Origin: Chrysomallon squamiferum | Taxonomy: Eukaryota > Animalia > Mollusca | Length of the DNA: 64,000 bases | Assembly (NCBI GenBank): GCA_012295275.1 | Contig: CM022665.1 | Coordinates: 10,788,001 to 10,852,000 of the forward strand | Reading direction: 5' to 3' | Part shown: one piece after another, positions 14,011 to 27,683 of the stretch | Numbering within the stretch: position 1 is the stretch's first letter | How the letters are laid out: each line of letters opens with the position of its first letter | Position numbers and translations under genes: made by a program | The notes under the pieces: model-generated | The model's database searches: none | What the model saw: the letters and a program-made list of their open reading frames with translations, nothing else | Told to the model about the DNA's origin: nothing

Positions 14011-15586
14011 ATCCCAAAAAGCTGATGATATTTTAAGAAATTCTCAACAACAGGAAGCTGTTATGTCATAACGTTTGATAACTAAAAAACAACAACATGC
14101 TGCATAAAAAAACTAAAAATAATTCTTTAGCTAAAACGGATTCTGACAGGTAGCATAAATTTATTCATTAAAAAAAAATGTTCTGTTATGTGCGCTGTTG
14201 TAGATTTATTCACAAGTTTCTCGCTTTTGCTGTCTAAAAACTAATCATTCACCAAAGATTCGAGACAACCCAATGACGGCCTCTGTATCAATCACCGCAA
14301 ATTGGCATGCATATGACACCTGGCTGTTGACAGCAGTAAAAGGACGTGTCATCACCCGTAAGCCAATACTGTTTTATTTAGAAAAAAATAAAGCAAACCC
14401 AACACCAATCGTCTTGGGCGTCTCTTTCGCTGCTGCGGACAGCTTTGAAATTAGGAAAACCGCTGAGTGAATTAATAAAAGTCCACCATCAAAGTTCTCC
14501 GTTTTCTGATACCAGATCCTGTCAAGCCACTGTAACCAACAGCCAAAGCGAGAGAATGCCGTCTTTTGACTTCGTAATTGGAAAAATGGAGAATTCATCC
14601 AAAATAGGAAATAAACAGGATCAGCAATTAGCTAATAGAAATCAGTTGATTGATGACTGATTATAGTTTGTATCGGGTTTCTCTCTCTCTACAAAAGGAG
14701 ACTGATCGCGGCGTATGTTGGCTGCTATACGGTTTATGGTTTAAGGCTTCAGACGGGATCCAGTTACAAGGAACTGTCCCCGCAAACTAAATGTAATTAG
14801 CCGAAAAGGGCTTGAAAATCTTTATAGAAATGCAATATCAGTACGAAATTTGTCATGCTCAGTACATATTCTTTTGTTGTAAGATTTTTATTCAAAGTTT
14901 CGATTTATCGCTGGACATTTGCTGTTTATAATTTTATTAACATTCAGCAGTCTTCTGAAACAGCTAAAACTGTTACTGTATCCTTGTTTTGTATTTTATT
15001 ATGGCTCTCTTCTTTAATAAAAATAATAATAATAAAATAAAAAATCCAGTTAAATAACAAACTCAAACATTCGTATTTAAAGCCTACTCTCCAGCAATAC
15101 ATACATTTAAATATGGATTAATCGATAGCAATGTCATTTTAATATTATCTTCAGCTGTCATTTTTTACGTGCAGCCTGCTGTCTTTATTTGCATGTCTCA
15201 TGCAGTATTGTTTGCTTTTTATTTTTCTTCTTTAGTTGATGTAATATTTTTGGAGACCTCAAGGCCGCAATTAACTGCTTTTCTAGTTTTTAATCCGCAT
15301 TTTTATACTTATTCTGTCAAAGATAATGGCATATCATTTTCCCAGTCTAGTTCAGTGTATATTTTAAGAAAGAATAGTATATTATAAACTATATACCTTA
15401 ATATGGCATATCTTTGGCAAAGATAAATGTGTGTTCTTTTCTCAGTCTATCTGAATATATTTAATTTTATAAAAACATATTTTTTTGCAAAGCTTATTTT
15501 GACGTATTCCATCTTCCATCAATCATTGTGTATATTTCAAAAGAATTATCCATTGAATGGTATATATCTAAGTATAGCATATCCCG

Positions 15587-15646
<60 letters not shown>

Positions 15647-16964
15647 AAAGTAACATATTTTACATGAACCATGTATATTTAGAACAACTGTGTACTGTAA
15701 GACATACATATATATATATATGATAATATCGGCCATATTAAGAATTATATACTATACAGTATACTCCATAGAGGGACAAATCCCATGTTATACTAACCAT
15801 GTTTATATTATTATTATCATAAAGTTTTTCCCATAGAATCATATATCCTATATTCCAACAATTATAATAATATTAAAAAAGAATCATCTATTGTAAAGCA
15901 TATCCCAAAGTTTGACATATCCAATATTATATTAATGTGTATATTTACATAAAAATGGTAATAAGTGCTTTTTAATATATCTAATAGTGCATATGAAAAA
16001 AAAATGAAAAAAAAAAGGATATGTTTTATGGAAACTGTTATATAGTGTGGTATAACGTAGTTTTTCATATCCGTTTTGAAAATATGATTTTTGAAATAAT
16101 AAGTACGTATTACGAAGGATAATTACACAGTGCCACCTATCGTCAGCAAAGAGACACTCACACGATAAACATACGTTGACGTAAATGATTTAAACACATT
16201 TTGCAAATTTTGCTTCTGGTTTCACACGACATACACTACCTACCGAAGTAACAGATAGAATTTCCTCTCTTTGTTTTCCGTTAATAGACTTTTAAATAAA
16301 AACACACATTTTTCATAAATATTGACAAAGGGGGAAAAAATATACTAAAAAAAAAAAATTAAAATGAAACAAATTACATTATGTAAATAATGCAAACTTG
16401 ATAATTCAATCTTAAGTGTTTCGGTTAATTTTAAGAGGTGAATTCGTAAATGAAATTGAATTTTTGAGTTCGAATACTGAAATTTAATATTTTCTGAATA
16501 TTAAAATAATCTTTTAAACATAACCAAACGAACTTTTGGTTCTCAGTGTTAACTTATGTCTGAAATATTGGATTTTTCAAAAATATTTTTTGGGTAACTT
16601 TCCAATAAATAAATAATGTAATGTAATATAGTATGATATGGTATGGTACGGTGCGGTATTATATGGTAATATAAGATAATGTAATTTATTATTGTTTATA
16701 ATTTCACTACACAGAACAGTCTGTCGTTAAAAAAGACTAGAAGCATTTTAAAAAGATGAAATAGCTGTACAAGATTTTTTTTTTAATTCTCAGTACAAAG
16801 ATTTGTATAATATTTCATTTATTCTAAGCATATTTTTATTTATTTATTTATTTATTATGTCTGTGTTTGTTTAGTCCAAACGTATATTATGTTTTTACCA
16901 GCTATACTTTCTACAATTAAGATATGTTGTTTCGTAGCATAAGGGTATTACAAAATCGCAATAT

Positions 16965-17285
16965 ATTGGCTTGACTGTATCACAGTGTAATTCTTGACAT
17001 TAAGGCAGTATAATGGGGCGACAGTATCGTAATAAAATGTCTTGACTATTGACTTCACTGTATAGCATTATAACAACAGCTTGACTGAACCGCAGTATAA
17101 TTTCTTGACTGTCACAATATAAGGGCTTGACTGTATGAAATGTAATGGCTTGTGTCATCTCAGTTTAATGGCTTGAGAATATCGCAGTATAATAATGGCT
17201 TAACTATATCGGAATTTTTTGTAATAGCTTAACTATGACAATATAATTACTTCGCTATTTCGGAATATAATGGCTAGACTGTACC
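16965..17285. repeat. About 23-26 bp degenerate minisatellite
   Basis: Recurring GGCTTGACTGTATCACAGTATAAT-like units. Confidence 0.8.
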
Positions 17286-17561
17286 GTTGAGCACATAAAA
17301 TTTTCCAGGAATATGATACGCACCGTCCCAAATGTTTTGCTTTGTTTTTGCTGTTATAAAAACCATGGCGGCTGGTTTAGTTTATTACTTAAAATAAAAT
17401 TTGATATTTTTATCCGTTTATTACTTTTTTATTACTTACCTTTTACCTCAAAGTTGTAGACATTCCTATGCAATTTTATTGTTCCCCATTTTAAAAGTGG
17501 AAAGGATAGAACCACCCCCCATTCCAATTTATGTCCATATGTTTTTCTCACTATCTTTTGT

Positions 17562-17565
<4 letters not shown>

Positions 17566-17650
<85 letters not shown>
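17566..17650. repeat. (CT)n microsatellite
   Basis: Directly visible. Confidence 0.97.
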
Positions 17651-17653
<3 letters not shown>

Positions 17654-17847
17654 AGTGCGTGTTTGTTTCTGTATGCATATGTACGTAAAACTTTCAATCA
17701 ATAATATCGTCTATCAGTAAACCTTTACACATAGATATATACATGATTTTAGCATTTTTATTTGTTATTTTCTTTAAATGAAATCAGATTTTGTAAATTT
17801 CTAAACATTTATCTTTCATTATGGTGTTTATTGATCATCAGCTTCTT

Positions 17848-17925
<78 letters not shown>

Positions 17926-18519
17926 CATTTTAATTCGAGGGACTGTTAGGAAAATAGTATTCATTTATAAGAAGAATACATTTTTTTTTTTTTTTAACTT
18001 TTAAAAAAAATTCAATTAATGCGATTTGTCACGTATATTATTCCGAAAGGAATTTTTCTAAAGTCAGTTGCAGACGATCGGGTTGTGATACGCGGGAAAC
18101 TGAAACTTCGTGTATTTTCGTTACCAAAGTGGCTGCACCGCGTCCCACCAGGTAGATAAGACGTATACCATAGACAGGTTTGCAATGATCAAATTACTCC
18201 ATATCTATTTTTGAAGCTACCTTAGTTGCAAAGATTCTTGAAACTGATCCCGCGTTGGGAGAGTTACCTGATCCGCGGAACCATTGCCAGAAGCGTGCAG
18301 AGTACCCCGGCCTTTGATTACCTCGCGCACGCAGCTTACCAGAAACACAACCCCATAATGTATATCAAGTGGTTACTCTTAAATTGGCTCTCACTGGCAT
18401 TCCAAAGTTTGTGGAAATTTTTAGAATTTTTTTTTTTTTTTTTTTTTTTCCAGATCTTCTAAGATTTTTCTTTCTTCTTCTTTATTTATTTATTTATTTT
18501 TTTTTTTTCTTAAATGAAA

Positions 18520-19145
18520 GCTTATCTTATTTCTTGTGGTGAATTTTATATTGTAATCTTTAAGATTCTTTGTTAATTCTACGTTGTAAAGGTATTATAT
18601 TTCTTTTATTTAACTCTCTGTTTTAAAGGTATTGTTATAGTATATGTTTAGATTTTCTTTTATTTAACTTCGAGTTGTAAAGGTTATATTAAAGTTTATG
18701 TTAAGATTTTCTTTCATTTAACTCTCACGTTTGTAAAGGTATTGTTACAGTTTATGTTAAGAGTTTCTTTTATTTAATTCTACATTGTAAAGGTAATACT
18801 AAAGCTTATAAAACTATTTTATTTTATTTAACTCTACGGTATAAAGGTAATATTAAAGTTTATGTTTTTTAAGAATTTCTTTTATTCAACTTTATTTTGT
18901 CAAGATGTGAAAGTTTTTCTAAGATTTTCGTATATTTATCTCTGCTTTATCTTCAGACATTCTCTTAACTCTTCATAGCAAAGGTAGTATTTATGTTTAT
19001 GTTGTTAACATATACTTTTATTTAAATAATATTTTTTTTAAAGGTATTCTTTTGTTTTAAGTTTATAATATTTATCTCTGCACTGTACAGGTATTCTTTT
19101 GTTTAAATACATGTGGTTAAGATATTCTTTTATTCAACTGCATAC
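18520..19145. repeat. About 50-55 bp degenerate minisatellite
   Basis: Recurring TTAAGATTTTCTTTTATTTAACTCTAC..TGTAAAGGTATT..AGTTTATG. Confidence 0.8.
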
Positions 19146-19696
19146 AAGCACTGCTTTGCTTATGTTGTTAAAATGTATTTATTTTAATGAATCTTGCAAA
19201 AGTAATATTCTGTTTAAATCCCAACTACTGAGATATACTCCCATTCACGCTGCAGAACAACAAAACGCTTCTTTTTTTTTCTTCTTATTCTTCTTCTTCT
19301 CTTTTTTTTTTTTCCCGGTTAAAATATTCTTTTTGTTTTAAGTCTACGTCGTTTCACCGTCTGAATATCCGTGTCTGTCTGTTGTTATTTGTTCTGAGTT
19401 TTTCAATATAACAGTAACACACCTTTTTTTTTTTTTCTTTCTTTCTTTCTTTCTTTCTTTCTTATTGTTTCCCTGTTTAATGTGTTTATTATTTAATTTG
19501 CTAATTTCTAACAATCCATGCAGGAATGTCTTGATCTTTATTTCAGTTTGCTTTATCTCCGTGGACGTGTAGGAATGTGCCTATGTGTGTGTGTGCGTGT
19601 GTATGTACATGTACGTATGTGTATGTATCTATGTATGTGTGTGTATGTATGAATGTATGGATGGATGCATGTGTGTGTGTGTGTGTGTATACAGAT

Positions 19697-19728
<32 letters not shown>

Positions 19729-19977
19729 TATATATATTTATGAGTGTTTACGTATGTACGTGTGTGTGTAGGGTGTTGGTGTATGTATATATGTGTTTTG
19801 TTATTTTAAATGTCTGCAGCTTTTTATTTTTATTTTTTTAATTTTTTTTTTTATTAATAACTATTATTAGAAATCGATTTAACATGAAACCTGCTTTATG
19901 CTTATTTATTAAGATTTCCTAACTTTAAAATAAAAATAATTCTTGTTATTTACTTATATTTATTTTCACTCTTGTAG

Positions 19978-20194
19978 GATTATGCCAAAGACATGATGAA
20001 GGAAATGCTGGGTTGGTATGGCTACGACACCAAGGTAGATAACCGTGAAACAGACACACCTAAAGAAGAAAGGTACCAGCTTGCAGCTTTGGATGACGGG
20101 AGCAACGGACTGGGTGACCATCCTCCGGACTGCGCTAGTACGGACGGCAGCGAGACGGACCAGATGTCCCATGACAGCGATAATGGAAGACAAA
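19978..20194 (+). CDS. SOBP: SOBP internal exon (N-terminal conserved box)
   Basis: TTGTAG| acceptor. Encodes DYAKDMMKEMLGWYGYDTKVD, matching the SOBP motif FAENTMNELLGWYGYDKV. Donor A|GTATGT; 217 nt, ends in phase 1, compatible with the next exon. Confidence 0.9.
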
Positions 20195-23100
20195 GTATGT
20201 TTTATCTGGAAATGTATAAAAATTCGTGTCACAATTTGATCCAAGGCAAGGGTCAAAGTCTTTATATAAAAACGTGATCCGAGCTGTCAGAGGCACATAA
20301 CAAATGGTATCGTGGTTAGAGGTTTATTCAAAAGATATTAAGTTATCTCATGTATCGATACGTATTATATCACAACGTCTTAGATTTTTTTGTAATTTAG
20401 TCCTCATCATTTCAGACAAAGTACTGAGCGTAAATATCCCGTCAGTTTGTACAACCCTCAATTGTTATTTTGGTGGTGTTGATGTTAATGTAGTTGGTGG
20501 TGGTGGAGATTATGATATTGTTGTCGGTGCGGATATTGTTGTTGTCGTTCCCGTTTTTGTTTTTTAACGTTTTCCTAAGACTAGCATCTCTCGTAAACAG
20601 TGAATCACATACAGTGACTTATACCCTTTGTAACAAGGGCTTCGTTCTTTCACCTAACCGAGGACAGATTCAGAGTCAATTTCGAGCATGAAAGTCTTTG
20701 TCCAACGCTATCAAATTCTGTATTACGAGATCTTGGCCCTTTTTCAAACGTGACCCTACTGTAACCCACCCCGACAGATAACCGTGGATCGTCCTCACAA
20801 TTACAAGGAATCAGTTACGCGGGTCGCAAGTCGCCTGTATTGTAGGTATTGTGTAATACGCACGGATCACTGGGCTGCCACAAGATGAAGTTTTTCTCTC
20901 GTGGGATTAAGTGCGATTTAAGAGGTCCTGTAGTGTGTCGTACGAACAATCTGCAATTAAAGTCAAAACGTTTTCTGACACTCATAGGTCACCGGTTGGT
21001 GTAAACTACAATAGAATCAATGTAGTCACGGTAAACAGTGATATGGTTAATTGAAACGCAAGTTTGAGACACAGTTTCTTGCGTAGTTGGGTGTTTTTTT
21101 TTTTTTTTTGTATTATTCTTTTCTTTTCTTTTCTGTTGTAGCAATACTGAAATTAATATTTAGCTAGTTTAGGAAGTTATTGAGTTGTTCAGTCTTGTAA
21201 AGTCTGTTCGTTTTCTTTCACATGGACTTTTACGATAATAGTAGAATAGTACTATATAACTGTTGTGAATTTGTCATTTACTTTGGATGTTCTGTTGGTC
21301 TGACTAAATCGACGTCTTCAGTTTAAGGTCAGTAAACGGGGAGGTGTAATAAAACGAAGCATTGTACGAGGATTTCTAGTTCTTGAAAATGAATTTATTT
21401 CTTCAGTTTTGAAGTTGAATTTTAAATAACATTTTTAGAAATAAAAATTAAATTCGCTTAAAATGAGTGAGTGAATGCCAAAGATGCTAAACTGAAAATT
21501 TGTTGGACAGGTGTGTCTTTAATTTAGTAACTACACGCAGGCTGATAGGTAGATAGTTAGGTAGATTACAAGATATTTAAACAGAAAGCAAGAAAGACGT
21601 TCAAGCAAAAAAATATAAAATATTAGTAATAAAAAAAAAAAAAAAAAAAAAAAAAAACTAAATGTGAAAGAAAGAAAAGAAAAAAGTAAGAATTCCAATA
21701 GTTTCAGATTAACAAATAAATTTTAATTACTTTTTAAAGCCTACCCGTATTACATTTAATTAACGTTTATTTATTAACAACAGTGTAACTGAAATATCAC
21801 TTCTTAATAACCAAAAATTAATGAACTATAAAACTCGCTAAAGTTAGTAATAAACAACAATATCTTGTATTGATTGAATATAGGAAACGTACCAAACATA
21901 AGAGGATCCATTGCGAGTGTAAGAAGTGTGAGGGGCCCGGGAGGTGGGGTGTTCGGAAAATGGGGTAAGAGGGGAGTAATGAACAAGGGAGGGAGGTTCT
22001 TGAATGCTGCAATGCAGGCACAACAACGACTCTGCCAAGTATAACCTAAGTCTGCGTAAGACGAACACGATACACTCCCGGTGAAATCTTCCCCCTCCCT
22101 TGCTGGGTCGAGGCGGGATCGTGTTTCTTGCAAATGTGGAATGATTTATTGAAAACGTCAGAGCAGATTAATGCACTGTGTTTTTCATTACATGTACAAC
22201 TTTAACTATCTGAAAGACGATAGGTTCAGGATATGAGATGGATAGGGATTTCACTGCAGCTCTACTATCCTGTTTCACCACTATCTGCTGGCCGCATAAA
22301 TTTCCAGTGAAAGTTGTTTGTTCGGTTAGGTGTTTTTCGCCCCGATATGCGATCACCATTATTCTCTTGAAATACGGCCGCGTTTTGCAAACAGTAATAT
22401 ATATTCCGTTCTCTTTGTCCTCTGTGTAATCAGTCGTAATGTATAGCTAAGGAAGCGTATTAAAATTAAATATCAGTCATACACACTTGTTAAGTTGTCC
22501 GCCATATTGTTAGATTCTCAGAATTCGAGAATTGTCCAAAATAAATAGCTAATTTCTTTCTTCTTCTTTTTTTTTTTTCTTTCTTTCATTCCTTTTCTTC
22601 GTTTTCTTATTCGTTTTTTTTTTTTTTTTTTTTTTTTATAGGTATAGATTCACTGATATGTTTATGTTGATCAAGGTTTATCGCTAACGGAATTAGCTAT
22701 TATTTTTATCAGATTTATATTATTAGCTGTGTTGTTGTTTTCATCATGTTTGTTTTCATTATAATTCGGCAACATTTTATAAAATACACAATTACGTTAG
22801 CTATCAGTGCGTGTGTGCTGTGTGAGTGTGGGCGTGTAACTCTATATTGGAATGTATATGTGTTTGTTTAAACTTGTTTATGCATGTGCTTGTTCATGTG
22901 CATGAATTGATCGATCAGTGAAAGGTGTGTATGGATGTGTGTGTTGATGTGTATATGTATGTGTATGAATGTATGTAAAATGTATATTTATACGTATGTA
23001 TATTTGTATACGTGTATAGTATGTATAAAATATAAGCAACCGAGGGTATGTAGGTATCTGTGTACAGATGAATTAATTAGATTTTTGTTTTCTTTGTTTC

Positions 23101-23844
23101 AAAACGAAACAAATGGTTTTCAGCATGGATTACGTTTTTAACGTATGGCTTCATGCTGACAGTGTAAGTGATACGAACATCAAAAGAAAAATTCACTGTG
23201 ACTTAACAAGTAAAAACATAGTTTTTCATATATTTTTAGAGGTCACGAATGTCGTTTTCGGCTAAATATCTAGGGTGTGTATACATGTATCAATAATAAA
23301 ATACTTAATAATCTGGACATGTTGGGAACTGAGGCAGGGAATAGCGACATATCGTATCTAAAAGAACAGTGTAACTAGGGTGTCCAGGATATCAGGATCT
23401 GTCGTTCGTTACGATACAGACAGTGTACACAGTGCTATACTTTCAGTTCATCCAAGACTGTTAAAGTAACCAGGATATTCCTGTTTTTGCAGAAACCTGG
23501 TTCAAATGATCCTTTTCTGCTAATTCAAAAGAATAACGTCGATTTATTTATTTGTTTGTTTATTTATTTGTTTATTTGTTTGTTTGTTTGTTTTTATATT
23601 ATTATTTTGTATTTTTTGTTATTATTTCAGACACCTAATAAGTTATGGTTTTGTTCTGAAATGAGCTACGTTGATATTCATCAAACCATATAAGAGAACT
23701 AAAACTTGATCCCTTTAAATAAATTAGTAAATGTAACTAATATTATATCGTGCACAAACATCGGTAATGTAGCATTATTAAATCTGAGAATTAGTACATT
23801 ATATTCAATACCATTTATATCTGTATAGATATCTGTATTTATTG

Positions 23845-24120
23845 AATAGATAATGTATAATTATTTTACAAAAATACTATAGTGTATTTTGAATAGCTAG
23901 TATTATAATTATTCAAAAATCTATATTTTATATTTTGAATAGTTAATGTTAAAATTATACAAACAGTTTTTTAAATAGTTGATGTTATAATTATTCAAAA
24001 AATAAACTTATTTAGTATATTTTGAATGGATAATACTATAATTATACAAAACAAAATCTGTATTGTACATTTTGAATAGCCAGTGTTATAACAATACCCC
24101 AAATGTATATAGTATTTTTT
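23845..24120. repeat. About 45-50 bp AT-rich minisatellite
   Basis: Recurring TATTTTGAATAG..AATGTTATAATTATTCAAAA. Confidence 0.75.
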
Positions 24121-24569
24121 GTTTCATAGTTAATATTCGAACCTATAGCATGTGTTCGCAGTCCTTTTTATTTTTACCTTTCTTTCTTGTTTTTCTCTCA
24201 GTATTTCAAAAAATAACAACAACAACAACAACAACAAAAAGAAGTAAAAAAAGATAACCCACAAAAATGTCATTTACAAATTAGATCTTTTTGATTATCA
24301 TTTTGGAAAGATCAGATTAATTTGATGCAGAAATATCCATAAACAGAAGTATCATATTTCGGTGTAAAATAGTAATCTGATCCGCTCTTAAAATTAATAC
24401 ATTATAGTAGAAAAAGAAGCACATATAGAATTACCGTCCGTGTGAAATTTCAGTATGTAAGTTGACAGCTCCAGCATGAGTGCAGTAATAGATTGTGATG
24501 AATTTTGGTCGAAATATTGTCTTGCAAGTCAGTGTTGATCACTGATGCCAAGGACATTATTATCGTAAT

Positions 24570-25055
24570 TGTACGTGCGTTACTGTAATTGTGTATGTGT
24601 AATATTGCAATCATAAAGGTGTATTATTGTAATTCTTTCTGTATATTATAGTGATTATCAATGTGTAATATTACAACTGTATGTGTGTGTTATTGTAATC
24701 GTAAGTGTGTATTATTGTAATCGTAAATGTATATTATTGTAATTGTATGTGTATTATTGTTATTATAAATGTGTATTATTGTAACTATATGTGTAATATT
24801 GTAATTATGTGTTATTGTACCTGTATACGTGTAACATTGTTATCATAAATGTGTATTATTGTAACTGTATATGTGTAATATTGTTATCATAAATGTGTAT
24901 TATTGTAATTGTATATGTGTAATATTGTAGTTATAAATGTGTAATTATAAATGTATATTACTGTAATTGTATATGTGTAATATTGTATTCATAAAGGTGT
25001 ATTATTGTAATTGTATATGTGTAGTATTGTAATTATAAATGTGTATTAGTGTAAG
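24570..25055. repeat. About 20 bp minisatellite with alternating variants (about 42 bp higher-order unit)
   Basis: TATTGTAATTGTATATGTGTAA alternates with TATTGTTATCATAAATGTGTAT. Confidence 0.85.
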
Positions 25056-25799
25056 AGAGGTGCATGTATACAGGTATACATACAAAGATGCATCAATGAT
25101 ATATACATACATACAGACAGACGTTTACAACATTATATAGTGTAGGCCTACATGTTATATTAACGTACACAAATACGTTTGCACGCAGTATTCCTATAAC
25201 ATTATCATCATTATCATTATCATTAATATTATCATCATCATCATCATCATTTTTAACGTTTTTCGTACGTTAATAATCATTTTAATCTTCAGATTAATTA
25301 ATTTATCACGTGTATTATTCTATTACAGAATTTCACATTTTTATCCCCAGTGATTTTATACCACGACTAAGTTCCTCATATATGTCATTACGTGACAGCA
25401 AGGACATATCTCACTGAACTATTTTTTTGTTTGTTTGTTTTAGGTCGGAACGGTGAAACGGCTTTGGCCGCGAAACATCGAAATCTTGTATCATTAATCA
25501 ACAAGAGAGATGCCCAAGGTTTGTATAATTATCACCATAAATGTTTCAAAATAAATAGCATTTACAGACTGTAGTCATTTGTCAATATAATAATGTCGGT
25601 TACGTAATTTTTCATCTGCTTCCTGACAAAAAAATAATCTCTCGACTGCTGGTAGTGATATTTTTTTTTATTACTGTTCTTGTTGCTTTTATATAATAAA
25701 TAATAATAATAATGTTGGTGGTGGTGGTGGTGTTAATATTATTACCGCTATTATTATTATTTCAACTTTTTTATTATACTACAATAATAAACTAGACTT

Positions 25800-26238
25800 C
25801 ATTGTACTACACTGCAATAAATTAGTCTATACTATATTATACTATATATATTTTATGATGTTATACCATATAGTATTATACCATTTATACTTTGTTCCAT
25901 TACGATATACTATACGATACTATAGTATACACACTATACTATACTGTACTATATTATACTATAATCTATTGTACTGTACTATATCATTGTTTACTATCAT
26001 ACACCAGGTAATACTACACTATAGTACAATATACTGCATTATACTGTTCTATACAATACAATATACTAAACTATACTGTATGCTGTTCTGTACTTTATTA
26101 TAATATGCTACATTACACTGTTCCATACTATACTGCACTATGCTATACTGTACTATGCTATGCTATACTGGACTATATCATTCTATACTTTACTCCACCA
26201 TACCCATGATTAACCTGATACTACAACTACTACTACTA

Positions 26239-26286
<48 letters not shown>

Positions 26287-26315
26287 ATAATAATAATAAT
26301 AATAATAATAATAGT
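25800..26315. repeat. Degenerate (ACTAT)n pentamer tract followed by (CTA)n(ATA)n
   Basis: Directly visible. Confidence 0.85.
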
Positions 26316-27644
26316 TATGTACTGATATAATATAGCGTACAAAGGTTTATGTTATTATTTATTAATATACCATTCACTGAACTCATGTAAGATTTAAACT
26401 ATTTATCGATATACAATATAGTTCATCTGCAATTTAGTTGATATTAACAGATAAATAGCGAACAGAATACTGTAACTTGATGCTAATAGCAATAATTTAT
26501 TGCAAAAAAGATAATAATTTTCATGGACATTTATGTAAATATACATAACCTTCATAATATATTTTGTTTTGTTGCTTTAAGGTGAAGGAGTGTATGTACG
26601 CGCGTGTATATAAATAAGTTGATGTACATATCTGTATTTAATATATGTGCGTAAGTGTATGTGTGTACATATGTGTTACTACATGGTCGTATGTGTATTA
26701 TTTTTATTTTATTTATTTATTTATTTATTTATTACTATTTTTTTTTTTTTTTAATCGTAGAGGTTTGTGTGTCTCAGTATGATTATATACTATAACACAA
26801 AATTACACGTACATACAAATCTAAAAGTATTTATATATGTATGTGTATTTGTATGCGTGTGCATGTACGCAACACGTACTTTACATCTGTATAATTATAT
26901 ATCAGTGTGGAATTTTCTGAGTACTGAAGTTATTAATACCAGACAAGCGGGGGTACTCTGACACAAACAAAAACTAACTTAAGAGAAACTTCAGACAGAA
27001 GCTCATCAAACTCAGTCCCATTCCGCTTCAGCTGCAACTGTAAAGCAAGTTTCAGTTTCAACATCCCACGAGGTCTGTCAGCTAATTACTAAAAATGTTT
27101 TCCAAAACGTGTTTGGTGACAAACAAGATCCGATTACACCAGCCGTCACTGGACAAACACGCATTCCTCGTCCTTGTATTCACGAGGGAGGCATCATATA
27201 TCTGTAACCTTTAGGCAGCTGTTTTTCAGTAATAAGGAAACAAGTCTCCAACAGTTTTATCACTACGTGTCATCAAAGCGCTCGTAGGACTTGTCTGTAC
27301 GAACGTGCTTAATGTCGAGGGATCGGTTCTGTCTAGTGGATTGTCCCGCGTCTAAATATTGGTTTTTGGTTTTGTTGTTGGTTTTTTTGCTCGATTACGA
27401 AGGATACATTCTTAATGCTTAAAGTGTCCGCTTCAAGTATGATTGGATAAGAAGATCAAATCGTCTTGGAGGAGTGGTTTACATTTTTTCGTTAAGATTA
27501 TTATTTTTATTTCTATTCAGTGCGAGTTATAAAGACTGAGGTATGTTGAGTCTATAATTCGAAAAAAAACCTAATATTATATTATTACAGTATATTTGAA
27601 AGATTAACATAACAAAGTGGAGATGATATTTTCAACTTGATGTT

Positions 27645-27683
<39 letters not shown>

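Noticed and set aside
13762-25055. Periodic repeats that could be mistaken for CRISPR arrays
   Set aside because: Degenerate head-to-tail minisatellites with no unique spacers, no cas genes, and a eukaryotic context.
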